Shown here piece after piece: positions 28,814 to 39,341 of a stretch of DNA of 64,000 nucleotides. Positions within the stretch are counted from its first letter, which is position 1. Each line of letters starts with the position of its first letter. The stretch is taken from contig JARRRI010000009.1 of NCBI GenBank assembly GCA_037380845.1, positions 1 through 64,000 of the forward strand, in the 5' to 3' direction. Made by a program: the position numbers and the translations under genes. The stretch is from Candidatus Sulfobium sp. Its GTDB lineage: Bacteria > Nitrospirota > Thermodesulfovibrionia > Thermodesulfovibrionales > UBA6898. The notes beneath the pieces were generated by a model. That model was not told the DNA's origin and did no database searches. It saw only the letters and a program-made list of their open reading frames with translations.

Positions 28814-29733
28814 TGTTTAACCCCCGAAAGCAGATAAAGGACAGCCATCCTCACGGCGAGTCCGTTGGTCACCTGTTCAAGTATGGCCGATCTCTGCCCG
28901 TCTGCCACATCGGATGCTATCTCCACTCCCCTGTTCATGGGGCCCGGGTGCATGACCACGGCGTTCTTCCTGGCACGCATGAGTCGTCGGGCCGTAAGCC
29001 CCCAGTTCTTGAAATACTCTTCCTTTGTCGGGAAAAAACCCTTTCCCTGCCGCTCCATCTGGATCCTCAGCATCATTATGATGTCGGCACCCTCCAGCCC
29101 GGCGTCCATATCACTGAAAATCGTGGCCCCCACTTCCTCCATGAAAGGAGGCACCAGAGTGGGGGGGCCTATAAGCCTCACCCCCGCCCCGAGCTTGCTG
29201 AGGGCATAAATATTGGATTTGGCTACCCTGCTATGCAGAATATCTCCCACTATCGCAACTTCCAGACCCTTGATAGCCCCCCTTTTCTCTCTCATCGTAA
29301 GCAGGTCCAGCAATGCCTGGGTGGGGTGCTCGTCAGTCCCGTCACCGGCGTTGATCACGGAGGCGTCCAGATATCGGGCCAGAAAGTGGGGAGCGCCCGA
29401 GCAGGGATGCCTTACGATAATGAGGTCGGCCCCCAGGGCCTGTATGGTCAGGGCGGTATCCCGAAGCGACTCACCCTTGACCACGCTGCTCGTGGAAACG
29501 GAAAAATTGACCACGTCCGTACTCAGTCTCTTGGCGGCCAGTTCGAAAGAGGTCCTCGTCCTTGTAGAGGGCTCATAGAAGAGGTTGACCGCCGTCTTGC
29601 CGCGCAGCGCCGGTACTTTCTTGATGTCCCTTCCCAGGACGTCCTTGAACCCGGCTGCGGTTTCCAGAATAAGCTCGATGTCCTCCACATCAAGCTCCTT
29701 GATACCGGTCAGGTCCTTGGCTTTAAGACTCAT
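28810..29733 (-). CDS. pyrB: Aspartate carbamoyltransferase catalytic subunit
   Basis: [32 protein letters not shown]. Confidence 0.97.
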   Translation of the reverse strand: MSLKAKDLTGIKELDVEDIELILETAAGFKDVLGRDIKKVPALRGKTAVNLFYEPSTRTRTSFELAAKRLSTDVVNFSVSTSSVVKGESLRDTALTIQALGADLIIVRHPCSGAPHFLARYLDASVINAGDGTDEHPTQALLDLLTMREKRGAIKGLEVAIVGDILHSRVAKSNIYALSKLGAGVRLIGPPTLVPPFMEEVGATIFSDMDAGLEGADIIMMLRIQMERQGKGFFPTKEEYFKNWGLTARRLMRARKNAVVMHPGPMNRGVEIASDVADGQRSAILEQVTNGLAVRMAVLYLLSGVKQ

Positions 29734-30254
29734 TCGAGGACCACCCTGTCCTCGTTCCCCTCCTCCTCAAACTGTACTTTCACCGTCTCTTTCAATGATG
29801 TAGGGATATTTTTCCCGACGAAATCGGCCTTGACCGGCAGTTCCCTGTGCCCCCTGTCCACAAGGACGGCCAACTGTATCGCCGCCGGCCTCCCGAAATC
29901 CATGATCGCATCCATCGCCGCCCGGATTGATCTTCCCGTAAAAAGAACGTCGTCCACAAGTATGACCTTTTTATTGTCGACCGTACAGTGAAGTTCGGTT
30001 CTCCTCACCACGGGCTGCTCCTTCCTTACGTTTATGTCGTCACGGTAAAGGGCGATGTCCAGCGTCCCTACGGGCACGTCCTTTTTCTCTATCTCCTTCA
30101 TCCTGGCCGAAAGCCTCCTTGCCAGATGGACCCCGCCCCTCTGGATGCCTACCAGACAGAGAGAACGGGTCCCCTTGTTCTTCTCTATGATCTGGTGGGT
30201 CATCCTCGTAATCATCCTTTCGATATCCTTCTTGTCAAGAAGTTTCTTAGCCAT
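29730..30254 (-). CDS. pyrR: Pyrimidine operon regulator / uracil phosphoribosyltransferase
   Basis: [42 protein letters not shown]. Confidence 0.96.
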   Translation of the reverse strand: MAKKLLDKKDIERMITRMTHQIIEKNKGTRSLCLVGIQRGGVHLARRLSARMKEIEKKDVPVGTLDIALYRDDINVRKEQPVVRRTELHCTVDNKKVILVDDVLFTGRSIRAAMDAIMDFGRPAAIQLAVLVDRGHRELPVKADFVGKNIPTSLKETVKVQFEEEGNEDRVVLE

Positions 30255-30442
30255 CCGGAGACCTGCCTGCTTCGGGACGGCAAGGGTGATGTGAGACGGT
30301 AACTGCATCGCCGCCGGCCGGATCAATCGTCCGTGCCCCATTCTCAAAGGCTTTCACGGGATCGGAAAAACTTCTCCTGCGGCGGGACTGAAGGTATGAT
30401 GAAGGACCGTTATCAAGATCGCAGCTCACGCTGACTCCTTTA

Positions 30443-30474
30443 CCTTTTTAACCTCACCGGGTTATTCTTAAAGG
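30443..30474 (-). promoter_or_regulatory. PyrR binding loop in pyr leader
   Basis: CCUUUAA-GAAU-AACCCGGUGAGGUU-AAAAAGG, one mismatch from ARUCCNGNGAGGYU, with the CUUUAA flank. Confidence 0.7.
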
Positions 30475-30635
30475 CGGCATTATTAAAGCACAAAACTTGA
30501 AACAGTGTCAAACAGTTGCGCAAAGCGGGTGGCGGTCGGGGGAGCACATTTCCAGATGACCGGAGACGGCGTCGGTCGCCTGTGACACTTTTTGACATCG
30601 CATATGATCCTGTAGGATAATATTTTGGGTAGATA

Positions 30636-33029
30636 ATGACTGATAAGACATCTGTAACGAAGGAAGCCCAGAAGTACCTTGCGAAGGGACAGATCGACAA
30701 GGCTATAGCCGAGTGGGAAAAGCTGGTTGCCGAGTCGCCCGACGGGAACACCTTCAATGTGATCGGGGACCTTTGTCTAAAAAAAGGGGACCGGAAAGCC
30801 GCAGTAGAGTCTTTCCACAAATCGGCAAGTTTTTTCAGGACGGAAGGCTTCTCGCTGAAGGCACTGGCACTCTATAAGAAGGTCCTGAACATCGATCCCC
30901 ACGACAGTGCGGCCCTCTTTTCCCTTGGCCAGCTGAGCGAGGAAAAAGGTCTGTCGACCGATGCGATAAAGTATTATCTGGCGGCTGCCGATTTACTGGC
31001 CAAAAAAGGGAAAAAAGACAGGATTCTCGATATATACGAAACGATACTTTCTCTTTCGCCGTCGAACATCCCTCTTCGCAACAGGGTTGCGGAGATCTTT
31101 CTGAAAGAGGGCCTCGTCACCTCGGCGGCAAAAGAATATATATTCATTGCCGGCGCATATGACGAACAAGGTGACTACCAGAGCGCACTCGATTACTTCC
31201 GCAAGGCCCTGGACGTCCAGCCCCTGAATAAGGAGGCGGTGCTTGGCATCAGCTATCTTTACGAACAGTGGGAAGAGGGTGAAAAGGCCCTCGAGCATAT
31301 AAGGGAGGCGGCGGTACTATTCCCCGAAGACACCGACGTGCTTTACAGGAGTGCTGAGCTTTCCCTGAAGGCCGGCCTCCGCGAGACGGCCGAAGAGGGT
31401 CTGAGGAAAGTCCTCGGCATGGATGCAGGGCATATGAAGGCAAGGAGTCTCCTTGGAGAGATCTACCTGAAGGGGGGACTCAAGGAAAAAGCATGGGAGG
31501 AATACCTGCCTGTAATCGACAACCTGCTCCTCGAAAACAAGTATGATGAGGCTGCAAGGCTACTGGAAGACTTCAGGGAAGCCGACCCGCTCGAAACGGG
31601 CAAGAGACTTGTCTCTCTTTACAGGCAGCTGGGAGAAAATGACAGGGTCCGTGATGAGCTGGTCAGGCTGGGGGATATCCTGAAAGACAGGGACATGATC
31701 GATGAAGCGTTGAGCTGTTACAGAGACGCGCTTGAAATAACGCCGGCTGACGAGGGGCTGAAGGAGATGATTTCTTCCCTGAAGAAGGAACCGGCGGAAG
31801 GAACCGGCGGGTCACCGCCCGTCGAAGGAAAGACCGCGGAGGAGATTTTCACGGAGGCTGACGTGTTTTCCAGATACGGCCTGCTGGCCGAGGCGATAAA
31901 ACTTCTTGAAGGTCTCAAGCCCGTTGATCCGCAGAATATAGATCTCCATACGAGATTGAAGACCCTTTACAGTAATACCGGAGACCAGGAGCTTGCAGTC
32001 ACCGAATGCCTGATATTGCACGAGCTTTACAAGCGACTTGGAGAAACCGAAAGTGCGGACAAAATAATAGGTGAGGCCTTTGACATATGCCCCGATGACC
32101 CCAGACTGGCGGGCAGGGGTCAGGGTCCGGCCCCGGAACCATCTCCGGCTCCTGTCGCGGCCGGCGCGGAGGAAGCGGCTCCGGATGCGGCGCCCTCAGC
32201 AGAGAATTATGAAGAAGAGCTTGCAGAAGCCGATTTTTATGCCAGTCAGGGACTGACGGCGGAAGCGGAGAACGTTCTCGAAAGACTGAAAGGCCTCTAC
32301 CCTGACGACAAGAATATCGAGGAAAGGCTCTCCAGGCTCGCCCGGCTTAACGAACTGAAAGATGCGGAGGAGCCGGCCGGAGCCGGAGAAATCCCTGATG
32401 TCCCTTCCGCGGATGCGACAACCGAACCGGGTGATGAAGCGCACGGACAGCAGGACCGGCAACTGCACCATCCGGACTATGAAGATCTGGCCATCACCGA
32501 CCAGGACCTCGTGGACGCCCAGGAGGTGCCGGAGCCGACGATTGATGACGATGTGATGGACATCTTCCAGGAGTTCAAAAAGGGACTCGAACAGGAACTT
32601 GAGGAAGACGACTCCGAAACTCATTACAATCTCGGCATAGCTTACAAGGAAATGGGGCTCGTAGACGACGCCATAAAAGAATTCCAGTTGTCGAGGAACG
32701 ACGCGAAGCGCTTCATACAGTCTTCTACGATGCTCGGCGTCTGCTACATGGAAAAATCTCTCTATCCTCTGGCAATAGAAACTCTGCAGAATGTTATCGG
32801 GTCGGTCACGCAGGAGGAGGAATCCTACTGGCCCATAAAATACGACCTTGCCTCGGCTTATGAAAAGAACGGTCAACTGAGTGAGGCCCTTGCCTTATAT
32901 ACGGAGGTCTATGGGTGGGACGCCGGTTTCAGGGACGTTTCCCAAAAGATAAATGATATCAAGACCCGTCTCGGCGAACAGGACACGGAAAAGCCGAAAG
33001 AGAAAAAGAACAGGGTGTCATATCTCTGA
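30636..33029 (+). CDS. Large tetratricopeptide repeat protein
   Basis: Multiple TPRs, acidic linker, C-terminal ETHYNLGIAYKEMGL; upstream TTGACA-18-GATAAT. Confidence 0.88.
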   Translation: MTDKTSVTKEAQKYLAKGQIDKAIAEWEKLVAESPDGNTFNVIGDLCLKKGDRKAAVESFHKSASFFRTEGFSLKALALYKKVLNIDPHDSAALFSLGQLSEEKGLSTDAIKYYLAAADLLAKKGKKDRILDIYETILSLSPSNIPLRNRVAEIFLKEGLVTSAAKEYIFIAGAYDEQGDYQSALDYFRKALDVQPLNKEAVLGISYLYEQWEEGEKALEHIREAAVLFPEDTDVLYRSAELSLKAGLRETAEEGLRKVLGMDAGHMKARSLLGEIYLKGGLKEKAWEEYLPVIDNLLLENKYDEAARLLEDFREADPLETGKRLVSLYRQLGENDRVRDELVRLGDILKDRDMIDEALSCYRDALEITPADEGLKEMISSLKKEPAEGTGGSPPVEGKTAEEIFTEADVFSRYGLLAEAIKLLEGLKPVDPQNIDLHTRLKTLYSNTGDQELAVTECLILHELYKRLGETESADKIIGEAFDICPDDPRLAGRGQGPAPEPSPAPVAAGAEEAAPDAAPSAENYEEELAEADFYASQGLTAEAENVLERLKGLYPDDKNIEERLSRLARLNELKDAEEPAGAGEIPDVPSADATTEPGDEAHGQQDRQLHHPDYEDLAITDQDLVDAQEVPEPTIDDDVMDIFQEFKKGLEQELEEDDSETHYNLGIAYKEMGLVDDAIKEFQLSRNDAKRFIQSSTMLGVCYMEKSLYPLAIETLQNVIGSVTQEEESYWPIKYDLASAYEKNGQLSEALALYTEVYGWDAGFRDVSQKINDIKTRLGEQDTEKPKEKKNRVSYL

Positions 33030-33844
33030 TGGACTATCTGGAATATTATCAACTCGGCGAGCACCCGTTTTCGAATGTCGTAGACAGCAGGTTCTTTTAC
33101 AACAACCCGCAGCAGTCTGATGCAGTCACGAAACTGAAATACGCGGTCGATACCAAGAAGGGGCTCGCCGTCGTAATCGGCAATATAGGTGCCGGAAAGA
33201 CCACCCTGGCGAGAAGGCTACTGGAAAAACTGGATGAAGAAAGCTATGAAGCCGCGCTGCTCGTCATCATCCATTCCTCGGTCAGTTCCGAGTGGCTCCT
33301 CAAAAAGTTTTCGATGCAACTCGGCGTAACCAGCACGAGCAGCGACAAGATAGTGCTTCTCGGCGAGATTTACAAGAGGCTCAACGAGATCGAAGAACAG
33401 GGCAAGAAGGCGGTGGTTCTGATGGATGAAGTGCAGATGCTCAATTCCAGGGAGATCATGGAGGAATTCAGGGGTTTGCTGAACATGGAGAGCCCGGGCG
33501 GCAAAATGGTCAACTTCATTTTTTTCGGCCTGCCGGAGCTCGACCGTGTGCTTTCTCTTGATGAGCCGCTCAAACAGAGGGTTGCGGTGAGGATAAAGTT
33601 GCAGGCGTTTTCGGAGGATAATACCCGCGATTATATAAGACACAGGCTCAGAGTCGCGGGCTGTGAACGGGATATTTTCGAAGAGACGGCCATCAACCGG
33701 ATCTATCATTACTCCCAGGGCAGTCCCCGGCTCATAAACACTATCTGTGACAACGCCCTCCTGGAGGGCTTTCTCTTCAAGAAGACCGTCATTGACGAAA
33801 CGGTGGTCAAGACCGTTGCCGTCGACCTGGGTCTGGAAGACTGA
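33029..33844 (+). CDS. ExeA/GspA-like AAA ATPase
   Basis: YQLGEHPFS, GNIGAGKT, LMDEVQML, GSPRLINTICDNAL. Confidence 0.9.
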   Translation: MDYLEYYQLGEHPFSNVVDSRFFYNNPQQSDAVTKLKYAVDTKKGLAVVIGNIGAGKTTLARRLLEKLDEESYEAALLVIIHSSVSSEWLLKKFSMQLGVTSTSSDKIVLLGEIYKRLNEIEEQGKKAVVLMDEVQMLNSREIMEEFRGLLNMESPGGKMVNFIFFGLPELDRVLSLDEPLKQRVAVRIKLQAFSEDNTRDYIRHRLRVAGCERDIFEETAINRIYHYSQGSPRLINTICDNALLEGFLFKKTVIDETVVKTVAVDLGLED

Positions 33845-33858
33845 CCCGGTCTTTTTTC

Positions 33859-34503
33859 TCATTGGGAATGCAAATGCTGAGGGGAAGACCTTTGAAATGA
33901 CTTGCGGCTCACGGAAAGGGTCGCCGTATATTCCCTGTATTCGATTTTGATCTGTGACTGAAACCAGACATCGCCGTCTCTCCGGGGGCGGTCGTAACGA
34001 ATATAGATATCCCGGACATTATCGAGACGTATATTCTGCATGACCGGCAGGAAAGTCTTCCTGTCGACCCAGACCGTCCGCCATCTGTTTGCCAGTATAT
34101 AATAACCGTCCCCTTCGGAGAGGGTATAATCCCTCACGTCCCACCAGAAGAAACAGTCCCTCAGTCCTTCCGTGAGAATAAAATAATCGCCCGGATCGAT
34201 GGGGTGAGAACTCTCTACGTGGCCGTCCTTCGACGACAGTTTCATGGCAAGAAATCCCAGAGAATAAAGGCGCAGGCTCATGTCTCCGTCTTTTGCCAGG
34301 TCGAGGGCGGCGTCTCCCTCCCTCTCCCTGCCGTCCTTCAGAAAGGCTATTGAAAATCGCGTCCTGACTTCTGAAACATCCTGCAGCCCGGAGAGGACCT
34401 GCCGGAAGGTCTTCCCCTCATAAGAAGGCATCTCAACCTTTAGAGGGGCACATGAAGCCAGCAGGATACTGCTAGCCAAGAAGAGCTTCAAGACATGCTT
34501 CAA
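33859..34503 (-). CDS. Putative lipoprotein (LolA/LolB-like fold possible)
   Basis: Lipobox LASC; beta-rich mature part; start uncertain. Confidence 0.65.
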   Translation of the reverse strand: MKHVLKLFLASSILLASCAPLKVEMPSYEGKTFRQVLSGLQDVSEVRTRFSIAFLKDGREREGDAALDLAKDGDMSLRLYSLGFLAMKLSSKDGHVESSHPIDPGDYFILTEGLRDCFFWWDVRDYTLSEGDGYYILANRWRTVWVDRKTFLPVMQNIRLDNVRDIYIRYDRPRRDGDVWFQSQIKIEYREYTATLSVSRKSFQRSSPQHLHSQ

Positions 34504-35836
34504 TATCTCCCACCCCCACCACTTCCAGGCCGTGGTCGTCGATAATCTTTTCGGCATTTCCGGCAGGAATGACGGCCTTCCTGAACCCTATCTTCGCCGC
34601 CTCTCTGAGTCTTGCTTCAGCCTGGGCTACTCCTCTCACCTCGCCCGAAAGACCCACCTCGCCGAAAACGAAGCAGTCCGCCGGAACAGGGATCTCCCGA
34701 AGAGATGACGATACCGTGCTGATTATGCCGAGGTCTGCGGCCGGCTCAGGGATCTTCAGGCCGCCGACGACATTCACAAACACGTCCATTCCCCCGAGAT
34801 GCATTCCTGCTCTCTTTTCCAGGACGGCTATGAGCAGGTTCACCCTGTTAAAATCCACTCCGATAGCCGTTCTTCTGGGCATACCGAAGTTCGACTGTGA
34901 AACAAGGGCCTGTATCTCGATCATGAGGGGCCGCGTACCCTCGAGGCTCGCGACTACCGTGGAACCTGAAACGTTGCCCGGCCGCTCCGACAGAAACAGC
35001 TCCGAGGGGTTGTCGACCTCCCTCAGTCCCGCGTCGGACATCTCGAATACCCCGATCTCGTTTGTCGAACCGAAACGGTTCTTTATCGTCCTCAGGATCC
35101 TGAAGGAATGTCCCCTGTCGCCCTCGAAGTAGAGGACGGTATCGACTATGTGTTCCAGCACCCGGGGGCCGGCAATGGCCCCTTCCTTCGTGACGTGGCC
35201 CACGATGAATACCGGAATGCCGGAACGCTTGGCAACCATCATCAACCTTCCTGCGCATTCCCTGACTTGTCCTACTGAACCGGGCGCTGACGACATCTCC
35301 CGGGTAAAAACAGTCTGTATAGAATCCACCACCATGGCATCGGGAGTCATCCCGGCGGCGGCCTCCAGTATCCCTTCCAGGGAGGTTTCCGCCAGTAAAT
35401 AGATAGTCCCGGAACCGACCGAGAGCCTGTCCGCCCTCATCTTTATCTGCTGAGCAGACTCCTCACCGGAAACGTAGAGCAGCCTGCCCGACTTCCGGGC
35501 CAAGCCAGAAAAGGCCTGAAGCAGAAGCGTCGACTTTCCTATGCCGGGGTCTCCTCCCACAAGGACAACGCAGCCGGGGACGACGCCACCGCCCAGCACC
35601 CTGTCAAACTCCCTCAGACCGGTAAGGGTTCTGCCTTCAGACATTCCCCGGAGCATGTCCAGAGCAACGGGTTCGGACTTCGAAGAGGGGCGGAGGTCCC
35701 CCTGCCGGGAACCGGCAAAGGATCTTTCTTCTGCAAAGCTGTTCCATTTCCCGCAGTCCGGACACTTCCCAAGCCACTTCGCACTCGAATAGCCGCAGGA
35801 CTGGCACTGATAAAACGTCTTGTCGGTCTTCGCCAT
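34472..35836 (-). CDS. radA: DNA repair protein RadA/Sms
   Basis: CQSCG..KWLGKCPDC, GDPGIGKST, KNRFG. Confidence 0.97.
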   Translation of the reverse strand: MAKTDKTFYQCQSCGYSSAKWLGKCPDCGKWNSFAEERSFAGSRQGDLRPSSKSEPVALDMLRGMSEGRTLTGLREFDRVLGGGVVPGCVVLVGGDPGIGKSTLLLQAFSGLARKSGRLLYVSGEESAQQIKMRADRLSVGSGTIYLLAETSLEGILEAAAGMTPDAMVVDSIQTVFTREMSSAPGSVGQVRECAGRLMMVAKRSGIPVFIVGHVTKEGAIAGPRVLEHIVDTVLYFEGDRGHSFRILRTIKNRFGSTNEIGVFEMSDAGLREVDNPSELFLSERPGNVSGSTVVASLEGTRPLMIEIQALVSQSNFGMPRRTAIGVDFNRVNLLIAVLEKRAGMHLGGMDVFVNVVGGLKIPEPAADLGIISTVSSSLREIPVPADCFVFGEVGLSGEVRGVAQAEARLREAAKIGFRKAVIPAGNAEKIIDDHGLEVVGVGDIEACLEALLG

Positions 35837-35885
35837 TTACTCACCTCTTATGACGGCAAAGGCGGGCATGCCTCGCCCCCTTTTG

Positions 35886-36647
35886 TCATATATCCAGCAA
35901 TTTCATCCCTGTGTCTGAACCGAACGATTTTCTTATCGCGCGCTTCACGAATCTCTTCGCCAGCATGGCCGCCTCCGCTAAATCATGCCCGCGTGCCAGC
36001 AGAGCGGCGAGGGCAGCAGAAAAGGCACATCCGGTGCCGTGGAACTCACCCGGCAGTTTACTCCCCCCCAAATAATGAAAGTCACCATCGTATACCACGT
36101 CAACGGCCTTTTTTTCAAGATGGCCCCCCGTTATGACTACGCCCGCGGCTCCGCATTTCTTCAGAAAGACCGCAGCCGATTCCATATCGCTCAACGTATT
36201 TACGGATATACCACTCAGCACGGACGCTTCGAAGATATTGGGCGTCACAACGGAACAGAGCGGCAACAGCTTACTCCTGACCACGCCTGGTGTGTCCCTG
36301 TGAGCCAGCCTCCGGCCCGTCGAAGAGAGGATGACCGGGTCTACAACCAGATTTCCGAGAGAAAATTTTTTCACCATCCTGCAGACTGTTTCCACATTTT
36401 CCTTGCTATAAAGCATGCCGGTTTTAACGGCATGGGGCGTAAACTCCGAAAGGAGCACGGCAAGCTGCTCCCTCACGTAACCGGCTGTCACCGGCATAAC
36501 GCTCTTCACTCCGCTGGAATTCTGTGCAGTAAGTGCAGCGGCCGCGGAAAGGCCGTATACGCCGAGCCGTTGAAACACCTTGAGGTCCGCCTGCAGCCCC
36601 GCACCCCCGGACGGATCAAAGCCCGCAATCGTCAGCACTTGTATCAT
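35886..36647 (-). CDS. thiD: Hydroxymethylpyrimidine/phosphomethylpyrimidine kinase
   Basis: TIAGFDPSGGAGLQADLK, VKTGML, TPNIFEA, HGTGC. Confidence 0.94.
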   Translation of the reverse strand: MIQVLTIAGFDPSGGAGLQADLKVFQRLGVYGLSAAAALTAQNSSGVKSVMPVTAGYVREQLAVLLSEFTPHAVKTGMLYSKENVETVCRMVKKFSLGNLVVDPVILSSTGRRLAHRDTPGVVRSKLLPLCSVVTPNIFEASVLSGISVNTLSDMESAAVFLKKCGAAGVVITGGHLEKKAVDVVYDGDFHYLGGSKLPGEFHGTGCAFSAALAALLARGHDLAEAAMLAKRFVKRAIRKSFGSDTGMKLLDI

Positions 36648-36774
36648 CCCTGATTATAACCCTGTCGAAAAGTGATAAACAAGATCGGCGGCAAGGGAGC
36701 CCCCGGCCTCAGATGAATAATTCACCGGCCTGTTTCGGCGGGACAGCAAAAAGACTCGCCCCTACAATTTTTTA

Positions 36775-36803
36775 TTGACAGAAGGCAAAGAAAGTTATAA
36801 TAT
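36775..36803 (+). promoter_or_regulatory. sigma70-like promoter of small lipoprotein gene
   Basis: TTGACA-17 nt-TAATAT (overlapping TATAAT). Confidence 0.6.
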
Positions 36804-36879
36804 TCTGAATAGATTTAATGTCTAAGAGGATATTTACGTCCATTCGTATAATCCATGGTGAAAGGAGGTGTGTGAGGTA

Positions 36880-37128
36880 ATGAAAAAATTCTTGGCCATA
36901 TTGGTCAGCCTGCTTCTCGTTTTATCATTTACGCTTTTGGTAGGCTGCAAGAAGAAGGAAGAGGCCCCGGCCCCGGCTACGACTGAACAGTCTCCGGCTC
37001 CGGAACAGTCTCCCGCGACTGAAATGTCTCCGGCCCCGACTGCGGAACAGTCCCCGGCTAATGAAATGGCTCCTGAGAAGGCTGCTCCTGAGAAGTCACC
37101 CGAGCAGAAGAGCACCGGCGGCTACTAA
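36880..37128 (+). CDS. Small Pro/Ala/Glu-rich lipoprotein
   Basis: MKKFLAILVSLLLVLSFTLLVGC lipobox; EQSPA-like repeats; ends STGGY. Confidence 0.85.
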   Translation: MKKFLAILVSLLLVLSFTLLVGCKKKEEAPAPATTEQSPAPEQSPATEMSPAPTAEQSPANEMAPEKAAPEKSPEQKSTGGY

Positions 37129-37158
37129 GAGCAATACAGAGATTGGCAAGATACACCA

Positions 37159-37188
37159 GGGAGGACCCTTTCCGGGTCCTCTTTTTTT
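37159..37188 (+). terminator. Intrinsic terminator
   Basis: GAGGACCC-TTTCC-GGGTCCTC-TTTTTTT. Confidence 0.9.
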
Positions 37189-37403
37189 ATCTTAAAGTTC
37201 AAAACTTTCCAGAAAATCCGGAACGCGCTACAAAAAAATGATTTCCGGTGACACCCTGTGATCCTATGGAGGCCGGCCAGCCTTATTGAGAAGAGTTACC
37301 AGGTGTTGAGTCTTCGTTTATGTTAAAGATAAATAAAAGAGTGCCGTCATTTTAAGACTTTTTCGGGGCCCCTCCCGGGCTGTTTTTTTGCGACAGTCAG
37401 GGT

Positions 37404-38051
37404 TTACACATCTCCACTGCCGAACATCAAAAGAAAATCCCGGTAAACTTCCTCAGCCGTGGAAAAAGCGCCCACCTTGACCCTGAAAATACTTTTGCCG
37501 GCTCCTGCGTAATACTCTATGAGAGGTTCAGTACGGCCGCGGAAAATTTCAAGCTTTTTCATCACCAGTTCAACGCCGTCATCGTCTCTTTCCGTTCTGT
37601 CGCCGCCCGTATTCCGGCGGAGCCTCCGGTGGACATCTTCGGGCGTACAATCAAGGACAATGAGGCCCCGGATGTCGACATGGTCGTCCATGTCTTCTGC
37701 CTGACCCAAGTGCCGGGGCAGGCCGTTCAACACCATGACGTCCTCCTGCCTGAAACCTCTGCTCCGGGCGAAGGCCTCGAGTATCTTCAATGCTATGTGG
37801 AAATGCTCGTTTTCGAGGAGCAGCCCGTGAGTAAGGACTTTCATGATGAACGAATGCTCCTCACGGTGAAAACCGGCCGGCGGAAGGTCGCTGCCCGCGA
37901 CGATCCTGAGCTGCCGGCCAAAATCAAAATGGATGCACCTCTTCCCTCCGAGACCTTTCTTCTCAAGGCAGTCGCCGAAAGGTGTCTTGCCCGCTCCCGT
38001 CGGCCCTATGAGGAGGAAAGAGGCCGGCCTTTCATGCAATGACTTCGCCAT
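37404..38051 (-). CDS. Adenylate-kinase-like nucleoside monophosphate kinase
   Basis: GPTGAGKT, DFGRQLR, LNGLPRHLGQA, RDDD. Confidence 0.8.
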   Translation of the reverse strand: MAKSLHERPASFLLIGPTGAGKTPFGDCLEKKGLGGKRCIHFDFGRQLRIVAGSDLPPAGFHREEHSFIMKVLTHGLLLENEHFHIALKILEAFARSRGFRQEDVMVLNGLPRHLGQAEDMDDHVDIRGLIVLDCTPEDVHRRLRRNTGGDRTERDDDGVELVMKKLEIFRGRTEPLIEYYAGAGKSIFRVKVGAFSTAEEVYRDFLLMFGSGDV

Positions 38052-38057
38052 CGGAGG

Positions 38058-39341
38058 TTACAGTTTCTTCAAAGCCCTTTCAACGGTCCTGATGGCGCAG
38101 AACTCCCCGCACATGCTGCATACCTCGGTTTCCATCGGCGGCGTTTCCGCCCTCAACGCGCGGACCTTCTCAGGATTAAGGCTCAGTGCTATCTGGCCGT
38201 TCCAGTCGAGGGCCTTCCTGCACTTCGCCATCTCAACATCTTTGTGCAGTGCCCCGTTGACACCCTTGGCTATGTCCGCCGCATGGGCCGCAAGCCGGGA
38301 CGCTATCACGCCTTCCTTCACGTCCTCCAGAGTCGGCAGCCGGATGTGCTCGGAAGGGGTAACGTAGCAGAGAAAATCAGCCCCCGCAGCCCCGGCCACA
38401 GCACCCCCTATCGCCGCCGAGATATGATCGTACCCCATCCCTATGTCGGTGACCAGAGGACCCAGCACATAAAAAGGAGCCCCCTTGCAGATCTCCTTCT
38501 CGATCTTCACGTTCATCTCCACCTGGTTGAGCGGCACGTGACCAGGGCCCTCTATGATAACCTGAACGTCGCTTTCGACTGCACGGTCTCTGAGTTCGCC
38601 CAGTGTCAGCAATTCTTCGAGCTGGGTCCTGTCTGTCGCATCGACAAGACAGCCGGGACGCATGCCGTCACCAAGGCTCAGGGTCATATCATATCGGTGC
38701 GCAATCTCGATCAGACGATCGAACTGCTCGTAGAGCGGGTTTTCGCTCTCGTTGTAAATCATCCATTCAACCAGAAAAGACCCTCCCCTGCTGACGACGT
38801 CGAGAACCCTTCCCTCGTTTCTCAAACGTTCCACGGCCTTCATCGTCAGCCCCGAATGGACAGTCACGAAGTCGACCCCCTCGGCGCCGTGTTCCTCAAT
38901 AACTCCGAAGAGATCCTCGGCTGTCATTTTCGATATCATCTCTTTCCGTTCAACGGTGCGCACCGCCGCTTCGTAAATCGGCACCGTGCCCACTGCCACG
39001 GGCGATCTTTCAAGCATCATGCCGCGGAGTTCCCGAATCGGGCCGCCGGTCGAAAGGTCCATAACAGCGTCAGCGCCGTACCTGACCAGCGCATCCAGCT
39101 TCTCTCTTTCCTCTTCTACCGAAATCTTGTCCTTCGACGTGCCGATGTTCGCGTTTATTTTGGTGCGAAGGTTCCTTCCTATTCCCAGCGGGGTAATCTT
39201 CCGGACCCTGTTCACCGGGATCACGGTAACGCCGGCCGCGATATCCCGGGAAATCCCTTCGGCGGAAACTCCTTCCGCGACGGCGACGGATTTCACCTCT
39301 TCGGTGATAATCCCCTTTTTTGCCAATGCCATTCTAGTCAT
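38058..39341 (-). CDS. thiC: Phosphomethylpyrimidine synthase
   Basis: KINANIGTS, MDLSTGG, SRGGS, EGPGHVP, CSMCGEFC. Confidence 0.96.
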   Translation of the reverse strand: MTRMALAKKGIITEEVKSVAVAEGVSAEGISRDIAAGVTVIPVNRVRKITPLGIGRNLRTKINANIGTSKDKISVEEEREKLDALVRYGADAVMDLSTGGPIRELRGMMLERSPVAVGTVPIYEAAVRTVERKEMISKMTAEDLFGVIEEHGAEGVDFVTVHSGLTMKAVERLRNEGRVLDVVSRGGSFLVEWMIYNESENPLYEQFDRLIEIAHRYDMTLSLGDGMRPGCLVDATDRTQLEELLTLGELRDRAVESDVQVIIEGPGHVPLNQVEMNVKIEKEICKGAPFYVLGPLVTDIGMGYDHISAAIGGAVAGAAGADFLCYVTPSEHIRLPTLEDVKEGVIASRLAAHAADIAKGVNGALHKDVEMAKCRKALDWNGQIALSLNPEKVRALRAETPPMETEVCSMCGEFCAIRTVERALKKL

